From contig JAMCPD010000020.1 in the NCBI GenBank assembly GCA_023379935.1, forward strand, positions 3,382 to 67,381: a stretch of DNA of 64,000 bases. Reading direction: 5' to 3'. The notes beneath the pieces are model-generated. The model was not told the origin of the DNA. It saw nothing but the letters and a program-made list of their open reading frames with translations, and searched no databases. Made by a program: the position numbers and the translations under genes. Positions 1-11,007 of the stretch are shown here, one piece after another. The DNA comes from Actinomycetota bacterium (GTDB taxonomy: Bacteria > Actinomycetota > Acidimicrobiia > Acidimicrobiales > JAMCPD01). Positions within the stretch are counted from its first letter, which is position 1; each line of letters opens with the position of its first letter.

Positions 1-1321
1 TTGGAACGCTTTATTACCGTCCAGTCCAATTTTACCCCAAGACGGCAGCGGCTCAATTTTTGATGTTGTAAAGCAGATAGTTGGTGAGGTTAAAAATCGC
101 GGTGATGGTGCGTTGAGCGAATTTTCCAGGCTGTTTGACGGAGTAGAACTTACCTTTGACAACGAAAACGCTGCAGCTGGTGTCCGCTCAGGTGCTGTCT
201 CCATTAAAGTTTCACGCGCTGAGATGGAAGACTCCTTTGACAGCATATCCACCGAGACAAAACAGGCGCTTTATGATGCGTATGCGAAGATATGGGACTA
301 TCACCGGTTTAGGATGCCCTCTGCCGGCGATACTTATTCCAAAGATATTTTACGCGGCGGAAAGATAGAGGTAAGCGAACTTTTGCTCCCGCTAAGACGA
401 GCAGGGCTGTATGCACCTGGAGGCAACGCCAGCTATCCTTCCAGCGTATTTATGTGTGCTATACCTCCGAAAGTAGCCGGTGTGGAAGAAATTGCACTCT
501 GCACGCCTCCCGGACCAAACGGAAAGGTGGCGGATGTTACCTTGGCCGCATGTGTGATAGCGGGGGTGGATGAGGTCTATCGTATAGGCGGCGCCCATGC
601 TATAGCGGCAATGGCTTATGGAACTGAAACGATATCGGCTGTGGACACCATAGTAGGTCCCGGCAATAATTATGTCGTACTTGCAAAGCTGCTGGTTTCC
701 GAGGTTGTCGGAACTCCCGGCGCATATGCCGGACCTTCTGAAGTAGTTGTAGTGGCTGATTCGTCGGCTCCTGCTTCCTTTGTGGCAATAGACCTTATCG
801 TGCAGGCCGAACACGGTCCTAATGGACTGGCATGGCTTGTATGTTGGGAGCCAGATATCGCTACTCAAGTCAACCGCGAGGTAGACAGATACCTCAACCG
901 GTCATCCAGGAAGCAGATACTTGAGTCCACCTTGGGTTCAAACGGTTATGCAGTCCTAGTGGATGGGGAAGCTGAAGCTGCCTGTGTAGTCAACACTGTA
1001 GCCCCCGAACACTTGGAGTTGATGGTGGCTTCTCCCTCATCCTTGCTTGGCTCAATCAAAAACGCCGGTGTCATTTTTTTGGGCCCTTATTCCCCTGCAA
1101 GTCTTGGGGACTATGTAGCAGGCCCGAATCATGTTCTGCCTACGGCAAGAACAGCACGTTTTCAAAGTGCATTGAGTGCAGGTGATTTTTTGAGGCGTAT
1201 TAATGTGATATCGGCTGATCGGGAGGGATTAGCTCAAGTATCTGATGTTATAAAAACATTAGCTGAGGCGGAAGGGCTCCAAGCTCATGGTGAGGCAATA
1301 AAGGAGAGGTTTTTAAAATGA
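1..1321 (+). CDS. hisD: Histidinol dehydrogenase (5' end runs off the window)
   Basis: The frame is open from position 2, upstream of the TTG at 113. Motifs GLYAPGG..YPSS, GPGN, AGPSE, QAEH, APEHLE and LGDYVAGPNHVLPT. ATGA overlap with hisC. Confidence 0.97.
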   Translation, partial: WNALLPSSPILPQDGSGSIFDVVKQIVGEVKNRGDGALSEFSRLFDGVELTFDNENAAAGVRSGAVSIKVSRAEMEDSFDSISTETKQALYDAYAKIWDYHRFRMPSAGDTYSKDILRGGKIEVSELLLPLRRAGLYAPGGNASYPSSVFMCAIPPKVAGVEEIALCTPPGPNGKVADVTLAACVIAGVDEVYRIGGAHAIAAMAYGTETISAVDTIVGPGNNYVVLAKLLVSEVVGTPGAYAGPSEVVVVADSSAPASFVAIDLIVQAEHGPNGLAWLVCWEPDIATQVNREVDRYLNRSSRKQILESTLGSNGYAVLVDGEAEAACVVNTVAPEHLELMVASPSSLLGSIKNAGVIFLGPYSPASLGDYVAGPNHVLPTARTARFQSALSAGDFLRRINVISADREGLAQVSDVIKTLAEAEGLQAHGEAIKERFLK

Positions 1322-2448
1322 GTTCATCAACTTCACAACAGTTCCCCATACTGCCTGCTTTGCATGTTGCGGCTCTGGATTATTATACGTCCCCACAACC
1401 TGAGGCAGCGATACGTCTGAATACCAATGAGTCCCCGTTGCCTCCGCCAGCGGATTTTATTGAAGAGTTAAAAAGCCTACTTCCGACTGTTTCATCAAAT
1501 CGTTACCCTGATAGGTATGTCGTCAAGTTGCGTCAAGCTCTGGCCGAGTTTCATGACGTTGAACCACAACAGATATTTTGCGCAAAAGGATCCAACGAAG
1601 TGCTCCAGTGTCTTATCATGGCTTTTGGTGGTCGCGGCAGGCGAGTCGTTACATTTGAACCCACTTATCCTATGCACAGCCATATAGCCAGGATATGTGC
1701 GACTGAAGTAGTTTCGGCAAAACGCAAGGAGGATTTTACCTTGGATTTAAATGAAGTAACAAGGGTTTTTTTAAAGTTCGATCCATCCATAAGTTTTTTG
1801 TGTTCTCCGAATAATCCAACCGGTATCTCAGAATCCCGCTCTGGTGTAGAGAAGGTACTTGAGTGTGCACCTGGATTAGTTATACTTGACGAGGCCTACG
1901 TACAGTTTGCATCCGGGACTGAATATATGTTAAATCCAGATTCTAATTTAACATATTCTAAAACCCCCTCGATGGTTGACAAGTTGGTCAGAGTGCGGAC
2001 CTTTTCCAAGACATGGGCTATGGCTGGTTGGCGCTTGGGTTATATGATAGCGCCATCTTATGTAGTAGATGCATGTTTCAAGGTTGCGCTCCCTTACCAC
2101 ATGGATGCTCTGTCTCAGTTGGCTGGTTTGGTTGCATTGAAGTATGTATCCCAGATGGAGCAAAGGGTTGATATGATAGTTAAAGAACGTACGCGGGTCA
2201 AAGAGGAACTGGACAAGTTGCCACTTCAAGTGTGGCCGTCAGAAGCAAACTTTATACTGTTCAAATCGCTTGCAGTTGATGGAACAAAGCTGTGGGAGGC
2301 TTTATTGAGGCGTTCGGTGTTGATAAGAGACTGTTCTACGTGGAATCAGTTGCAAGGGTTTTTACGTGTTACGGTTGGGACAAGAGAAGAAAACGATACT
2401 TTCCTGGCTGCAATGAAGGATAGCCTCGGAGAATTAGAAGGTTTATGA
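1318..2448 (+). CDS. hisC: Histidinol-phosphate aminotransferase
   Basis: LNTNESP, NRYPD, GSNE, SPNNPTG, DEAY and the PLP-lysine motif RTFSKTWAMAGWRLGY; his operon context. Confidence 0.96.
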   Translation: MSSSTSQQFPILPALHVAALDYYTSPQPEAAIRLNTNESPLPPPADFIEELKSLLPTVSSNRYPDRYVVKLRQALAEFHDVEPQQIFCAKGSNEVLQCLIMAFGGRGRRVVTFEPTYPMHSHIARICATEVVSAKRKEDFTLDLNEVTRVFLKFDPSISFLCSPNNPTGISESRSGVEKVLECAPGLVILDEAYVQFASGTEYMLNPDSNLTYSKTPSMVDKLVRVRTFSKTWAMAGWRLGYMIAPSYVVDACFKVALPYHMDALSQLAGLVALKYVSQMEQRVDMIVKERTRVKEELDKLPLQVWPSEANFILFKSLAVDGTKLWEALLRRSVLIRDCSTWNQLQGFLRVTVGTREENDTFLAAMKDSLGELEGL

Positions 2449-3059
2449 TGGAAAGACAACTTCGATCAGTAAAAGTAAAACGTGACACAAAAGAGACAAA
2501 TGTAGAAGTCGAGTTGTGCCTGGATGCCGATGCTACGGGCAGTAGTGAGCTTATTTCCACAGGGTTGCCGTTTTTTGATCACATGCTTTCACAGTTGTCC
2601 AAGCATGGGGGGTTTTCACTTAGGCTGTACGTAAAAGGGGATTTGCATGTTGATGCTCACCACAGCGTAGAAGATGCTGGACTCGCATTGGGCGAAGCTT
2701 TTTTGAAGGCACTTTCCAACAAGCAAGGTATACGCAGATTTTCATCCATAGCGGTTCCCTTGGATGAAGCGTTGGTCGAAGCGGCGCTGGATATTTCCGG
2801 TCGCCCGTATCTCCACTACGAATTAAACATGCCACCTGATCTCCCGCCACTCGGTGATCCCCCCTTCGATCCGCAACTTGCTGAGGAGTTCTGGAGGGCT
2901 TTTACGACCAAAGCTGGAATTTCTTTGCACTTGCAGAGGGTCAGAGGTCGTAATGTTCACCATGTCTTAGAAGCTTCATTTAAAGCGGTAGCTAGGGCTT
3001 TGCATGATGCCGTTCGTATAGAAAACAGTTCAATACCTTCCACAAAAGGAAAACTTTGA
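2445..3059 (+). CDS. hisB: Imidazoleglycerol-phosphate dehydratase
   Basis: RDTKET, TGLPFFDHML, DAHHSVED, PLDEAL, NVHHVLEA, C-terminal PSTKG. Confidence 0.97.
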   Translation: MMERQLRSVKVKRDTKETNVEVELCLDADATGSSELISTGLPFFDHMLSQLSKHGGFSLRLYVKGDLHVDAHHSVEDAGLALGEAFLKALSNKQGIRRFSSIAVPLDEALVEAALDISGRPYLHYELNMPPDLPPLGDPPFDPQLAEEFWRAFTTKAGISLHLQRVRGRNVHHVLEASFKAVARALHDAVRIENSSIPSTKGKL

Positions 3060-3736
3060 CCGAGCTTACCGTCAATCAAATGAGCCCAGCCAACCAGGAT
3101 GACTTCTTCATAGCTGTACTCGACTATGGGATAGGCAACCTTCGTTCCGCACAAAAGGCTTTTGAATTCGTCGGCGGGCGGGCCTGTCTGGTTGAAAGCC
3201 CTGCTCAAGCCAGAGGCGCTGGCGGTTTCGTGCTTCCGGGAGTTGGAGCGTTCGGACATTGTTTGAAAGCCTTGCGCGAAAGCAAGCTCGATAGAACCGT
3301 AGTTGAAGCCATTGACGCTTCTCTGCCGTTTCTGGGGATATGTGTCGGTCTCCAAATGCTATATGAAGGATCAGAAGAAACACCGGATGTCAAAGGTCTT
3401 GGAGTCATAGAGGGTGCGGTAAAGCAACTGTCGGGTACTCAAAAGCGGCCTCAAATGCAGTGGAATTGCATATCACGTACAGATGGGCGAAGACCGGCAC
3501 TCCTTCAAGGTGTTGGAGAAAACCCCTGGGTTTACTTCGTGCACTCATATGCACCACCTCTGAGTGACGTAGTTGTAGCTACTTGTAATTATGGCGGTGA
3601 TGTCACAGCCGCAATAGAAAGGGACAACCTGTGGGGAACACAGTTTCATCCTGAAAAATCCGGCGCCGTAGGACTGTCCATATTGGCCAATTTCGTTGCC
3701 TTGTGCCGGTCTCTAAATTTTCATTGGCATCTGTAG
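3056..3736 (+). CDS. hisH: Imidazole glycerol phosphate synthase glutaminase subunit
   Basis: DYGIGNLRS, LPGVGAF, GICVGLQ (catalytic Cys), YFVHSY, QFHPEKSG. Exact start codon uncertain. Confidence 0.96.
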   Translation: MTELTVNQMSPANQDDFFIAVLDYGIGNLRSAQKAFEFVGGRACLVESPAQARGAGGFVLPGVGAFGHCLKALRESKLDRTVVEAIDASLPFLGICVGLQMLYEGSEETPDVKGLGVIEGAVKQLSGTQKRPQMQWNCISRTDGRRPALLQGVGENPWVYFVHSYAPPLSDVVVATCNYGGDVTAAIERDNLWGTQFHPEKSGAVGLSILANFVALCRSLNFHWHL

Positions 3737-3906
3737 TAATTTTTTTTGCTACAATTGTCACTGTGCAATATGGTTAATAACGAAGGCGCTGATATGTTCC
3801 GGGAAATTTCAAATATGAGAACAGCCTGCTGCGAAAAGGCTTATGAAAATAACGACTTCAACAACCTTTACAGCTTGTTTTTGTACCAAGTGATAGCAGA
3901 TTTTAA

Positions 3907-4743
3907 ATGGACGTTTATCCCGCGATTGACATATTAGACGGTAGTTGTGTGAGGTTGGCGCAGGGCGATTTCAATCGCGTTACCGTTTATGGTGATCCTG
4001 TTGCCAAGGCATTGGAGCTACAAGCGTTGGGGGCAAAATGGATCCATGTGGTGGATTTAAACGCGGCACGTTCTAAAGGAGAGAACAGGGAAGTTGTGTT
4101 TGACATAGTGGGGCGGGTAAAGATACCTGTCCAGGTGGGAGGAGGAATAAGAGATGAGGCTTTCGCTGCGGAACTGTTGAATGGGGGAGTGGCAAGGATT
4201 GTGTTGGGTACAGCTGTGGTGGAGCAACCTGGTTTAATTGCATCTCTTTTAGCTAAATACCCTAAACGAATAGCGCTCGGGCTCGACTTTCGGGATGAGA
4301 AGTCCGGGGCGCAAGGCGAGGTCAGGCAAAATCCCAAGGCGGAGGTTAAAGCCACCATGGTGCATAGGTTGGTCACGAGGGGCTGGGCGAATACTTCCAG
4401 TTTAACTCTGGAAGGCGCCCTTGATAGTGTGACAAACTGGGGAGTTTCTGTCGTAGTTGTGACCGATACAAGCAAAGATGGGATGATGAGCGGGCCAAAC
4501 ATCGATACACTAAAGGATGTGTTGCGAGTAGCAGGACCTAACGGAGTTGGCGTGATTGCTTCGGGCGGTGTGCGTTGTATAGAAGATATTGCCAACTTAA
4601 CGGCAGTTGATGTAGGGGGGTATAGTTTGCTTGGCGTTATCGTAGGTAGGGCTTTGGCTGAAGGAGCTGTAGACTTGTCGGATGCAATGGACGCAACCCT
4701 GGGAGTGAATATGTCCGGATCCAAACAGCGACAGTTACCATGA
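3907..4743 (+). CDS. hisA: Phosphoribosylformimino-AICAR isomerase (HisA/PriA type)
   Basis: [38 protein letters not shown]. Carries a ~20-aa loop insertion. Confidence 0.94.
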   Translation: MDVYPAIDILDGSCVRLAQGDFNRVTVYGDPVAKALELQALGAKWIHVVDLNAARSKGENREVVFDIVGRVKIPVQVGGGIRDEAFAAELLNGGVARIVLGTAVVEQPGLIASLLAKYPKRIALGLDFRDEKSGAQGEVRQNPKAEVKATMVHRLVTRGWANTSSLTLEGALDSVTNWGVSVVVVTDTSKDGMMSGPNIDTLKDVLRVAGPNGVGVIASGGVRCIEDIANLTAVDVGGYSLLGVIVGRALAEGAVDLSDAMDATLGVNMSGSKQRQLP

Positions 4744-5534
4744 GATGCATACGCCTGATACCGTGTCTGGATGTAGACAATGGCAGGGTTGTAAAAGGGG
4801 TCAATTTCGTCGGGCTTAGAGATGCTGGCGATCCCGCTGAATTAGCTGCCGCCTATGCAGATCAGGGTGCAGATGAGATTGTCTTTTTGGATATCAGTGC
4901 ATCTGTAGAGGGACGTAATACAATGGTTGAAACTGTAACCACAACGGCAGAGAGACTGTTTATCCCCTTATGTGTTGGCGGTGGTGTGCGAAGCGTAGAT
5001 GATGCCCGACGACTTCTTAGGGCAGGTGCCGACAAGGTGGCTGTTAATACTGCTGCAGTTGAACGCCCCTTTTTAATATCTGAAATTGCCGGGGAGTTCG
5101 GTTCCCAATGCGTGGTTGTGGCGATAGATGCCAAAAGAAGTACAAATGGCGAGACGAAACTGTCTGCGCCTGTAAAGTCGTGGCGGGTTTACACACATGG
5201 AGGACGTATTCCTACGGATCTGGATGTGTTCAAGTGGGCACACAAGTGCCAAGAGCTTGGGGCAGGTGAGATATTACTTACCTCAATGGATGCGGATGGG
5301 ACCAGGGAAGGCTTTGATATTGAACTTACAAAAGCCGTTAGTACTACCTGCTCCATACCGGTTATAGCCAGCGGGGGAGCAGGCAATTTAGAACATTTAA
5401 GTCGGATTGTGTTGGAGGGGGCGGCGGATGCAGTACTGGCGGCATCAATCTTTCATGACGGAGACTATACCATTGTACAGGCTAAGGAGTATTTAGCTGC
5501 CAGTGGCGTATGCGTCAGACCATATATTTGTTAA
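4740..5534 (+). CDS. hisF: Imidazole glycerol phosphate synthase cyclase subunit
   Basis: [55 protein letters not shown]. Confidence 0.98.
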   Translation: MRCIRLIPCLDVDNGRVVKGVNFVGLRDAGDPAELAAAYADQGADEIVFLDISASVEGRNTMVETVTTTAERLFIPLCVGGGVRSVDDARRLLRAGADKVAVNTAAVERPFLISEIAGEFGSQCVVVAIDAKRSTNGETKLSAPVKSWRVYTHGGRIPTDLDVFKWAHKCQELGAGEILLTSMDADGTREGFDIELTKAVSTTCSIPVIASGGAGNLEHLSRIVLEGAADAVLAASIFHDGDYTIVQAKEYLAASGVCVRPYIC

Positions 5535-5640
5535 TCCGTTACGCTCTGGAACGGAATTATTCAAAGACAAGCACATTTCAAGAAGTTGTGCTACAATAAA
5601 AAAATGCGTCATGAACATCACTCTATGATATAGGTCTTCG

Positions 5641-7017
5641 GTGCTTTCCAATTCCCGAGATATGCCCTTGTCAGTTGGGGATATTTATGAACAAATCAAA
5701 CGTATGGTTCGTGAAGGGTTTCCCAAGTGGGTATGGGTTGTAGGTGAAATAGCCAAAGTTGAGGTACGTAGGGGAAATTGCTGGATAGATCTTGTGGAAT
5801 CGAAGATGCCCGCTGTTTTGCATAACAGTCGTGAGCGCCAGCGTATGTTAAAACTGGTGGCATTCTCTTTTCAGGGCGGTGAGCTTTCAAAGAAGTTATC
5901 CGATTCCAATTTAGAACTTGCAAACGGAATGTTTATAAAGGTTTTAGGTGAGGTTTCCCTATGGGAGGGAGGTTCAATGTTACAGCTTGTTGTCCATGAC
6001 ATAGATGTTGAAGCCTTGCTTGGAGAACTTGCCGCGAGGCGCGAACGGTTGCGAAAGGCGCTCATTGCTGAAGGCTTACTGGGGGTGGGTAAGGGCAACA
6101 AAGCGTTGTTACTGCCTAAGCTGCCTCTCAAAGTCGGGCTGGTGGCATCTTACGGTACTCAAGGGTGGCATGACTTTTTAGGGCAAATCAGGGACTCGGG
6201 CTTTGGGTTTCATGTGAATTTTGTGGATACACCCGTTCAAGGGAGTGAAGCCGCCGCCGGTATTGTTCAAGCTGTTAGATCGTTGGGCATGCCAGAGGTG
6301 GACATTGACGTGATTGTTATTGTAAGAGGCGGTGGATCCAAGTCTGATCTTGCAGTGTTTGATTCCGAGGATGTGGTAAGGGCTGTGGCAAGTTCCTCAA
6401 AATGTGTTTGGACCGGCATAGGGCATACCCAAGATGTTTCTTTGACGGATGAAGTTGCCCATACATCCTTCATAACCCCCACCGAATGTGGACAGGGACT
6501 TGCCAGGGAGGTAAGTGGGTTTTGGGATGAAAGTGTTCAAAAGATGAACTATATATTCCAAACAGTTAATACTTGTCTGGAACGTTCTATAGGCGAGCTT
6601 TCCTCCCAAGCCGGAGTGCTTCGTACAAGAGGACTGGGTAGGTTGGAGGCAGCAACAGGTAATGTAAGTTCGCAAGTTAATACCATTGTTCGTCAATCGC
6701 GCTCGAATTTGGATGCCAACAGACGTGAGATCCTAAACAAAGCTGGCTTACTTCGATCAAGTTGGCTTCATTTCTCTAAGATGTTAGAAACACAAGTTTT
6801 GAATAAAAAAGCTCTTCTTTTTGCACATAATCCCACCCAGCAACTGATGAGAGGATGGTGCATGGTTAGGGATTCAAACGGAAAACTACTGCGTTCTGTA
6901 AATAATGTTAAGATTGGGGATAAGATCTCGACCAAGTTTTTCGATGGAATTCTCGACAGCGAGGTTTGCAAAGTTTATGAGGTGAAATATAACAGTGACA
7001 GCGAAGGAAACAGGTGA
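5641..7017 (+). CDS. xseA: Exodeoxyribonuclease VII large subunit
   Basis: N-terminal OB-fold (VWVVGEI), VQG, IVRGGGSKSDL, TGIGH..D, TPT, C-terminal P...L.RG. Confidence 0.93.
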   Translation: MLSNSRDMPLSVGDIYEQIKRMVREGFPKWVWVVGEIAKVEVRRGNCWIDLVESKMPAVLHNSRERQRMLKLVAFSFQGGELSKKLSDSNLELANGMFIKVLGEVSLWEGGSMLQLVVHDIDVEALLGELAARRERLRKALIAEGLLGVGKGNKALLLPKLPLKVGLVASYGTQGWHDFLGQIRDSGFGFHVNFVDTPVQGSEAAAGIVQAVRSLGMPEVDIDVIVIVRGGGSKSDLAVFDSEDVVRAVASSSKCVWTGIGHTQDVSLTDEVAHTSFITPTECGQGLAREVSGFWDESVQKMNYIFQTVNTCLERSIGELSSQAGVLRTRGLGRLEAATGNVSSQVNTIVRQSRSNLDANRREILNKAGLLRSSWLHFSKMLETQVLNKKALLFAHNPTQQLMRGWCMVRDSNGKLLRSVNNVKIGDKISTKFFDGILDSEVCKVYEVKYNSDSEGNR

Positions 7018-7348
7018 AGTAATGGAAGCGGCCGAAACGGGAGAAGTGACTGAACAGGTTGACCTGTCTGACTTGAGTTATTTGGCAATTGCACGCCAGT
7101 TGGATCAGATTATCCAAGAGTTGGATAAAGGACAAGTTGATGTAGATACACTTGACATCAGATTTAGCCAAGCCGTAGAGCTGGTCGAGGAGTTGAATCG
7201 TCGTATCAACAGGGCTAAAATGAAAGTCGAAGAGCTGACCCCCAGGCTGAAATCTGTGTTTGACACCCCTGCGGGTGATGATACCCCGACAACTTATGAC
7301 ATTTCGGCAACTTCCGATACCCAACCAACCAATGATCCTCCGTTCTAG
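6995..7348 (+). CDS. xseB: Exodeoxyribonuclease VII small subunit
   Basis: LSY...L..II..LD.G.VDVD.L helical pattern directly after xseA, with acidic N- and C-terminal extensions. Confidence 0.82.
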   Translation: MTAKETGEVMEAAETGEVTEQVDLSDLSYLAIARQLDQIIQELDKGQVDVDTLDIRFSQAVELVEELNRRINRAKMKVEELTPRLKSVFDTPAGDDTPTTYDISATSDTQPTNDPPF

Positions 7349-7378
7349 CTATAGGACCCCAACCATTGGGAAGTTTGA

Positions 7379-8512
7379 ATGCGTATAGCAGCAGTTGGTG
7401 ACGGGCACTTGGGACGCTCCTACTATCCGAGTGTTACAGACGAAGGGGTAAATACACGCGAAAGAGATTTCGAGATATCTTTCCTCAAAGCTATAGACAA
7501 AATATGTGAAAGTCAAGTTGATCTCGTCGTATGGCTTGGAGATATATTTGATCATCCGCGTCCCACCTATCGTTCTTTTCGGGTTGCCCAAGCCGGTCTC
7601 GTCAAGCTGCGTCAGTCGGGACTTCAATGTATTCTCATAAGCGGCAACCATGATACCCCGAGACTCCCCGGCACGGGCAACCCTTATTTAGTGTTGGCTG
7701 ACCGCTTTGAAGCTGACCCAACACGCAGCTCAGGGATGGGTTTTGCTACCACTTATTCCTATGAATGTTTCGACTTGGGCGATGTTGTTATACATGCTGT
7801 TCCCCAAATGTTATGTGTTGAAGATACGTTGAATGCTCTTGAGCAAGCCAAAACCAATCGTGCGGCAGATAAAGTAAATTTGTTGATAACTCATCCCCGT
7901 GTTCCTCAGGTCCAGCCCAGGTATTCAGATATAAATGAAATAGAGATAGATGCGGCCAAGTTGCAGTTTTGGGATTTTGTGCTCCTGGGACACTATCATA
8001 CGTTTACCACAGTGTATGAGCGTATGTGGTATGCAGGCGCGACTGATACCTTTAGTTTTGCTGATGACCCGACTGCTGCAAAAGGCTTTGTTATTCTTGA
8101 CACCGACACAGGTGTGTGTAGCCATTATCCCCTGGATAATCAGCGTCCTCTTATCACCGTGAACATCCCAGCCCTGGGGTGTTCTGCGAGTGAACTTACC
8201 CAACTTATTGCTAAGCAGTTGGAACCGCTGGACGAAGGGGCGGTAGTCAGGTGTTACTTAGATGGTGTACAAGCTCAGGACTACCGCTTGATTGATTCTG
8301 AGGTTGTACATGAAGCATCCAGGCACCTTTTACACTTAAAGTTGGATCCCAATTTTTTAGAGGTTAAAAATCAAGTAGAGTTGCCTACTCTTGATTCCAT
8401 GCAGGCAAGGTGGTCAAGGTATCTGCAACACCAGGACTTGAGCAGCTTTGACAAGTCTCAATTGGAAGAACTTGGCAATAAGTATTTAATTGAAGCTGTT
8501 GAGCGGGAATAA
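7379..8512 (+). CDS. sbcD: SbcD/Mre11-family metallophosphoesterase nuclease
   Basis: DGHLG, GDIFD, SGNHD, LGHYH and YAGA motifs; adjacent to an SMC-like ATPase. Confidence 0.9.
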   Translation: MRIAAVGDGHLGRSYYPSVTDEGVNTRERDFEISFLKAIDKICESQVDLVVWLGDIFDHPRPTYRSFRVAQAGLVKLRQSGLQCILISGNHDTPRLPGTGNPYLVLADRFEADPTRSSGMGFATTYSYECFDLGDVVIHAVPQMLCVEDTLNALEQAKTNRAADKVNLLITHPRVPQVQPRYSDINEIEIDAAKLQFWDFVLLGHYHTFTTVYERMWYAGATDTFSFADDPTAAKGFVILDTDTGVCSHYPLDNQRPLITVNIPALGCSASELTQLIAKQLEPLDEGAVVRCYLDGVQAQDYRLIDSEVVHEASRHLLHLKLDPNFLEVKNQVELPTLDSMQARWSRYLQHQDLSSFDKSQLEELGNKYLIEAVERE

Positions 8513-8525
8513 AGGTTGAGATCGC

Positions 8526-10673
8526 ATGAGGATTTTGCGATTACAGCTTGAAAACTACCGTGTTTATCAAAAACCTTTGGAACTTGATCTGCCAAGCGGC
8601 TTGGTCGGAGTATACGGACCAAATGGGGCAGGGAAGTCTTATTTAATCGAATCAATACCGTGGACATTATTTGGCAGATCTCGTACGTTGATGGCGGAGA
8701 TCAGAACTTCAGGGGTAACCGCTCCATGTGTAACAGAAGTGACTTTTGAACATGAAGGTCATCTTTACGTGGTCAAGCGTATACTGTCCGGCTCATCATC
8801 AGGTCACTCGCTTACGGTTAGAGCGCAGGTTTTTGCAGATGACAAACAAGTTTGTGAAGGAGCACGAGATACCGCAACTTACTTACAATCAATTCTTGGA
8901 ATGGATGACGTTTCATTTAGGGCAAGCGTATTTGCAGAGCAGAAGCAGTTGGATGCCTTTTCAAGTAGTCCCCCCGCTGTTCGGCGTCAACTAATTCTCG
9001 GGCTTTTGGGTATAACACCGCTAAACACCGCACGTGATACAGCGAGACGGGATGCCCGTGAGCTTATGGCTACTTTGTCCCATCAAAAGGAGCTTCTTCA
9101 AATGTTGGAGGATGGTTTGGCCGAACGCGATCTTGAAACGCTACAGGCAGAGTTGCATAGTGCAAACCTTCGCCTTAAATCATTTGAACAGGCGGAACTG
9201 GCTAAGCAGCAGTTGTTCCAACAATCAGAAGAACGTCTCAACGCTTACCAGGAACTACGTGTTAGATATGAGCGGTTGGTTTCAGAGGGCAAAGCAAAGG
9301 TTGCCCAGCTTGAAAAGCTCAGAGGTGAACACCGAAAAGCTTTGGCCGAATTAGATGAACTCAACAAGCTGGAGAGTTCTCTTACACCCGAGTTAGAAGA
9401 GATTGAGGGATCTAAAATGGTGGGACCACAGATGGCGCTTCGGGGAGTGATGCAACCGAATGAGGAAAGCTATAATCATTTGCAAGCTATGGTAGTGGAC
9501 GCTCAAAAGCAGCTGTCGGTTGTTGAGGGGCAACTTACTTGGCAAAAAGCACATGCCGCGGAGCTTGATAAGATGGTTGACAAGTCACTTTATGCCACAT
9601 CTAAAGAGACTCTTGAACCAAGTACAATGCCATCTTCAGAACCCATAGCCAACCGACGCTGCCCCCTCTGCGGGCAAGAGCTCGGCCAGTCTTATCTAAA
9701 GGTGCAAAGGCATCATGCCGAGGAGCTGGCGCTCGCTCGGCAAAAGATTTCTGAATTGGAAGAAGATTACTCCAAAGCGGCGAAGATACTAAGCGAACTT
9801 AGCAGCCAAAGGGACATTGAGAAACGCTCTTTGGATAAGCAAAAGGATGCTTTTTTGAAGTTTCAAAAACGTATTTCAGAGTTGGAGGGGATGAGGAATC
9901 GTTTGGAAAAGGTGATAAAAGAGTATGAGTCATTGACTTTGGAGATGGAAAAAGAGGTTGCAAGTTTACGGCAACAGACTAGAGACTTACAGTTTAGCAA
10001 CTCCCAGCTTGATCTACTCAAAGAGGAAGTTGACAACATGGCCGGTGAACTGAAGAGGAGAAGATTCGAAACCGCAGAGGCTGCGAAGCTGGTGGCCGGC
10101 TTGGCTGCAACATTGTCGGAGAAGGAAAGGCAAAAGGCTCAAGCAGATGCGATAACTCAAAAGGTCGCTTTGTTGGAGGAAAAAGCCAGGTGTGTTGCTA
10201 AGACATCGGAGCTGTTATCTGATTTTCGTGACATGGTTGTAGCCAGTGTGGGACCACGTCTTGATGCTATGTCCAGTGAGCTGTTTTTGGAACTTACAGA
10301 TCAGGAGTATGATGCTTTGCATATTGATCCGGAGACCTATGAGATTCAAATTTCTGATCATGGCTCCACATACGGTTTGGACAGGTTTTCAGGTTCAGAG
10401 GTTGACTTGGCCAACCTGGCGTTGCGCGTTGCGGTTTCCGAGCAAATTAGAATGTTTTCGGGAGGCTACGTGGGGCTACTTGTATTGGATGAGGTCTTTG
10501 GGTCATTGGATCATGATCGTAAAGAACGTATGCTGCTGGCGCTTGAACGCCTGAAAGCCAGGTTTGCACAAGTTCTGGTTGTAACCCATGATATGGAGAT
10601 AAAAGAGCAGCTTAGTCATGCCATAGAGGTAGTGAAGCTTCGCGGACGAAGGGCGACAGCTGTTTGCTCCTAG
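8526..10673 (+). CDS. sbcC: SbcC/Rad50-family SMC-like ATPase
   Basis: Walker A GPNGAGKS, long coiled coils, zinc-hook CPLCG, signature FSGSE, Walker B LVLDE, H-loop VTH. Confidence 0.9.
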   Translation: MRILRLQLENYRVYQKPLELDLPSGLVGVYGPNGAGKSYLIESIPWTLFGRSRTLMAEIRTSGVTAPCVTEVTFEHEGHLYVVKRILSGSSSGHSLTVRAQVFADDKQVCEGARDTATYLQSILGMDDVSFRASVFAEQKQLDAFSSSPPAVRRQLILGLLGITPLNTARDTARRDARELMATLSHQKELLQMLEDGLAERDLETLQAELHSANLRLKSFEQAELAKQQLFQQSEERLNAYQELRVRYERLVSEGKAKVAQLEKLRGEHRKALAELDELNKLESSLTPELEEIEGSKMVGPQMALRGVMQPNEESYNHLQAMVVDAQKQLSVVEGQLTWQKAHAAELDKMVDKSLYATSKETLEPSTMPSSEPIANRRCPLCGQELGQSYLKVQRHHAEELALARQKISELEEDYSKAAKILSELSSQRDIEKRSLDKQKDAFLKFQKRISELEGMRNRLEKVIKEYESLTLEMEKEVASLRQQTRDLQFSNSQLDLLKEEVDNMAGELKRRRFETAEAAKLVAGLAATLSEKERQKAQADAITQKVALLEEKARCVAKTSELLSDFRDMVVASVGPRLDAMSSELFLELTDQEYDALHIDPETYEIQISDHGSTYGLDRFSGSEVDLANLALRVAVSEQIRMFSGGYVGLLVLDEVFGSLDHDRKERMLLALERLKARFAQVLVVTHDMEIKEQLSHAIEVVKLRGRRATAVCS

Positions 10674-10992
10674 CCCAAGTTTTCTTACGGCTTCGGGTCG
10701 ATTGATTTAGCCATGTGGAAACTCCCCATAAAATGCTCGCTCTGCCTGCGGTTCTATTCGCGCACATTTTCTTACATCAATGCTGAATATGATATGGCGA
10801 CTAAGTATGGAATCTATCATATCCAAAAAAATAGATGGTTCCTCGGCGGACGTATGGGAAACTTCCGCCAAAAATCTGTTGACATACTATATTTGAATGG
10901 CATTTTGAGTTAAACCCAAGCATCACGAAGAAGTGACCATAAGAGGCTAGGCAGAAGCAGGTAATACAACGGGAGTGGCAACGATCAGTGTA

Positions 10993-11007
10993 TGCTATGG
11001 TTATAAT
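10993..11007 (+). promoter_or_regulatory. Extended -10 promoter, probably giving a leaderless SNF2 mRNA
   Basis: TG-c-TATGGT (10993-11001), then 6 nt, then ATG at 11008; no Shine-Dalgarno sequence. Confidence 0.45.

Noticed and set aside
3818-3866. AACAGCCTGCT and TTCAACAACCT resemble IS5/IS1182-type ends
   Set aside because: Short, in the same orientation, with no inverted partner or transposase remnant.
3987-4724. Long antisense or alternate-frame ORFs (e.g. 3987-4724, 11427-12125, 11960-12544, 46782-47279, 51591-52136)
   Set aside because: They are shadows of well-supported genes, with no motifs or RBS.
10713-10913. 66-aa ORF between sbcC and the SNF2 gene
   Set aside because: No RBS or recognisable motif; it may be a remnant but cannot be supported.
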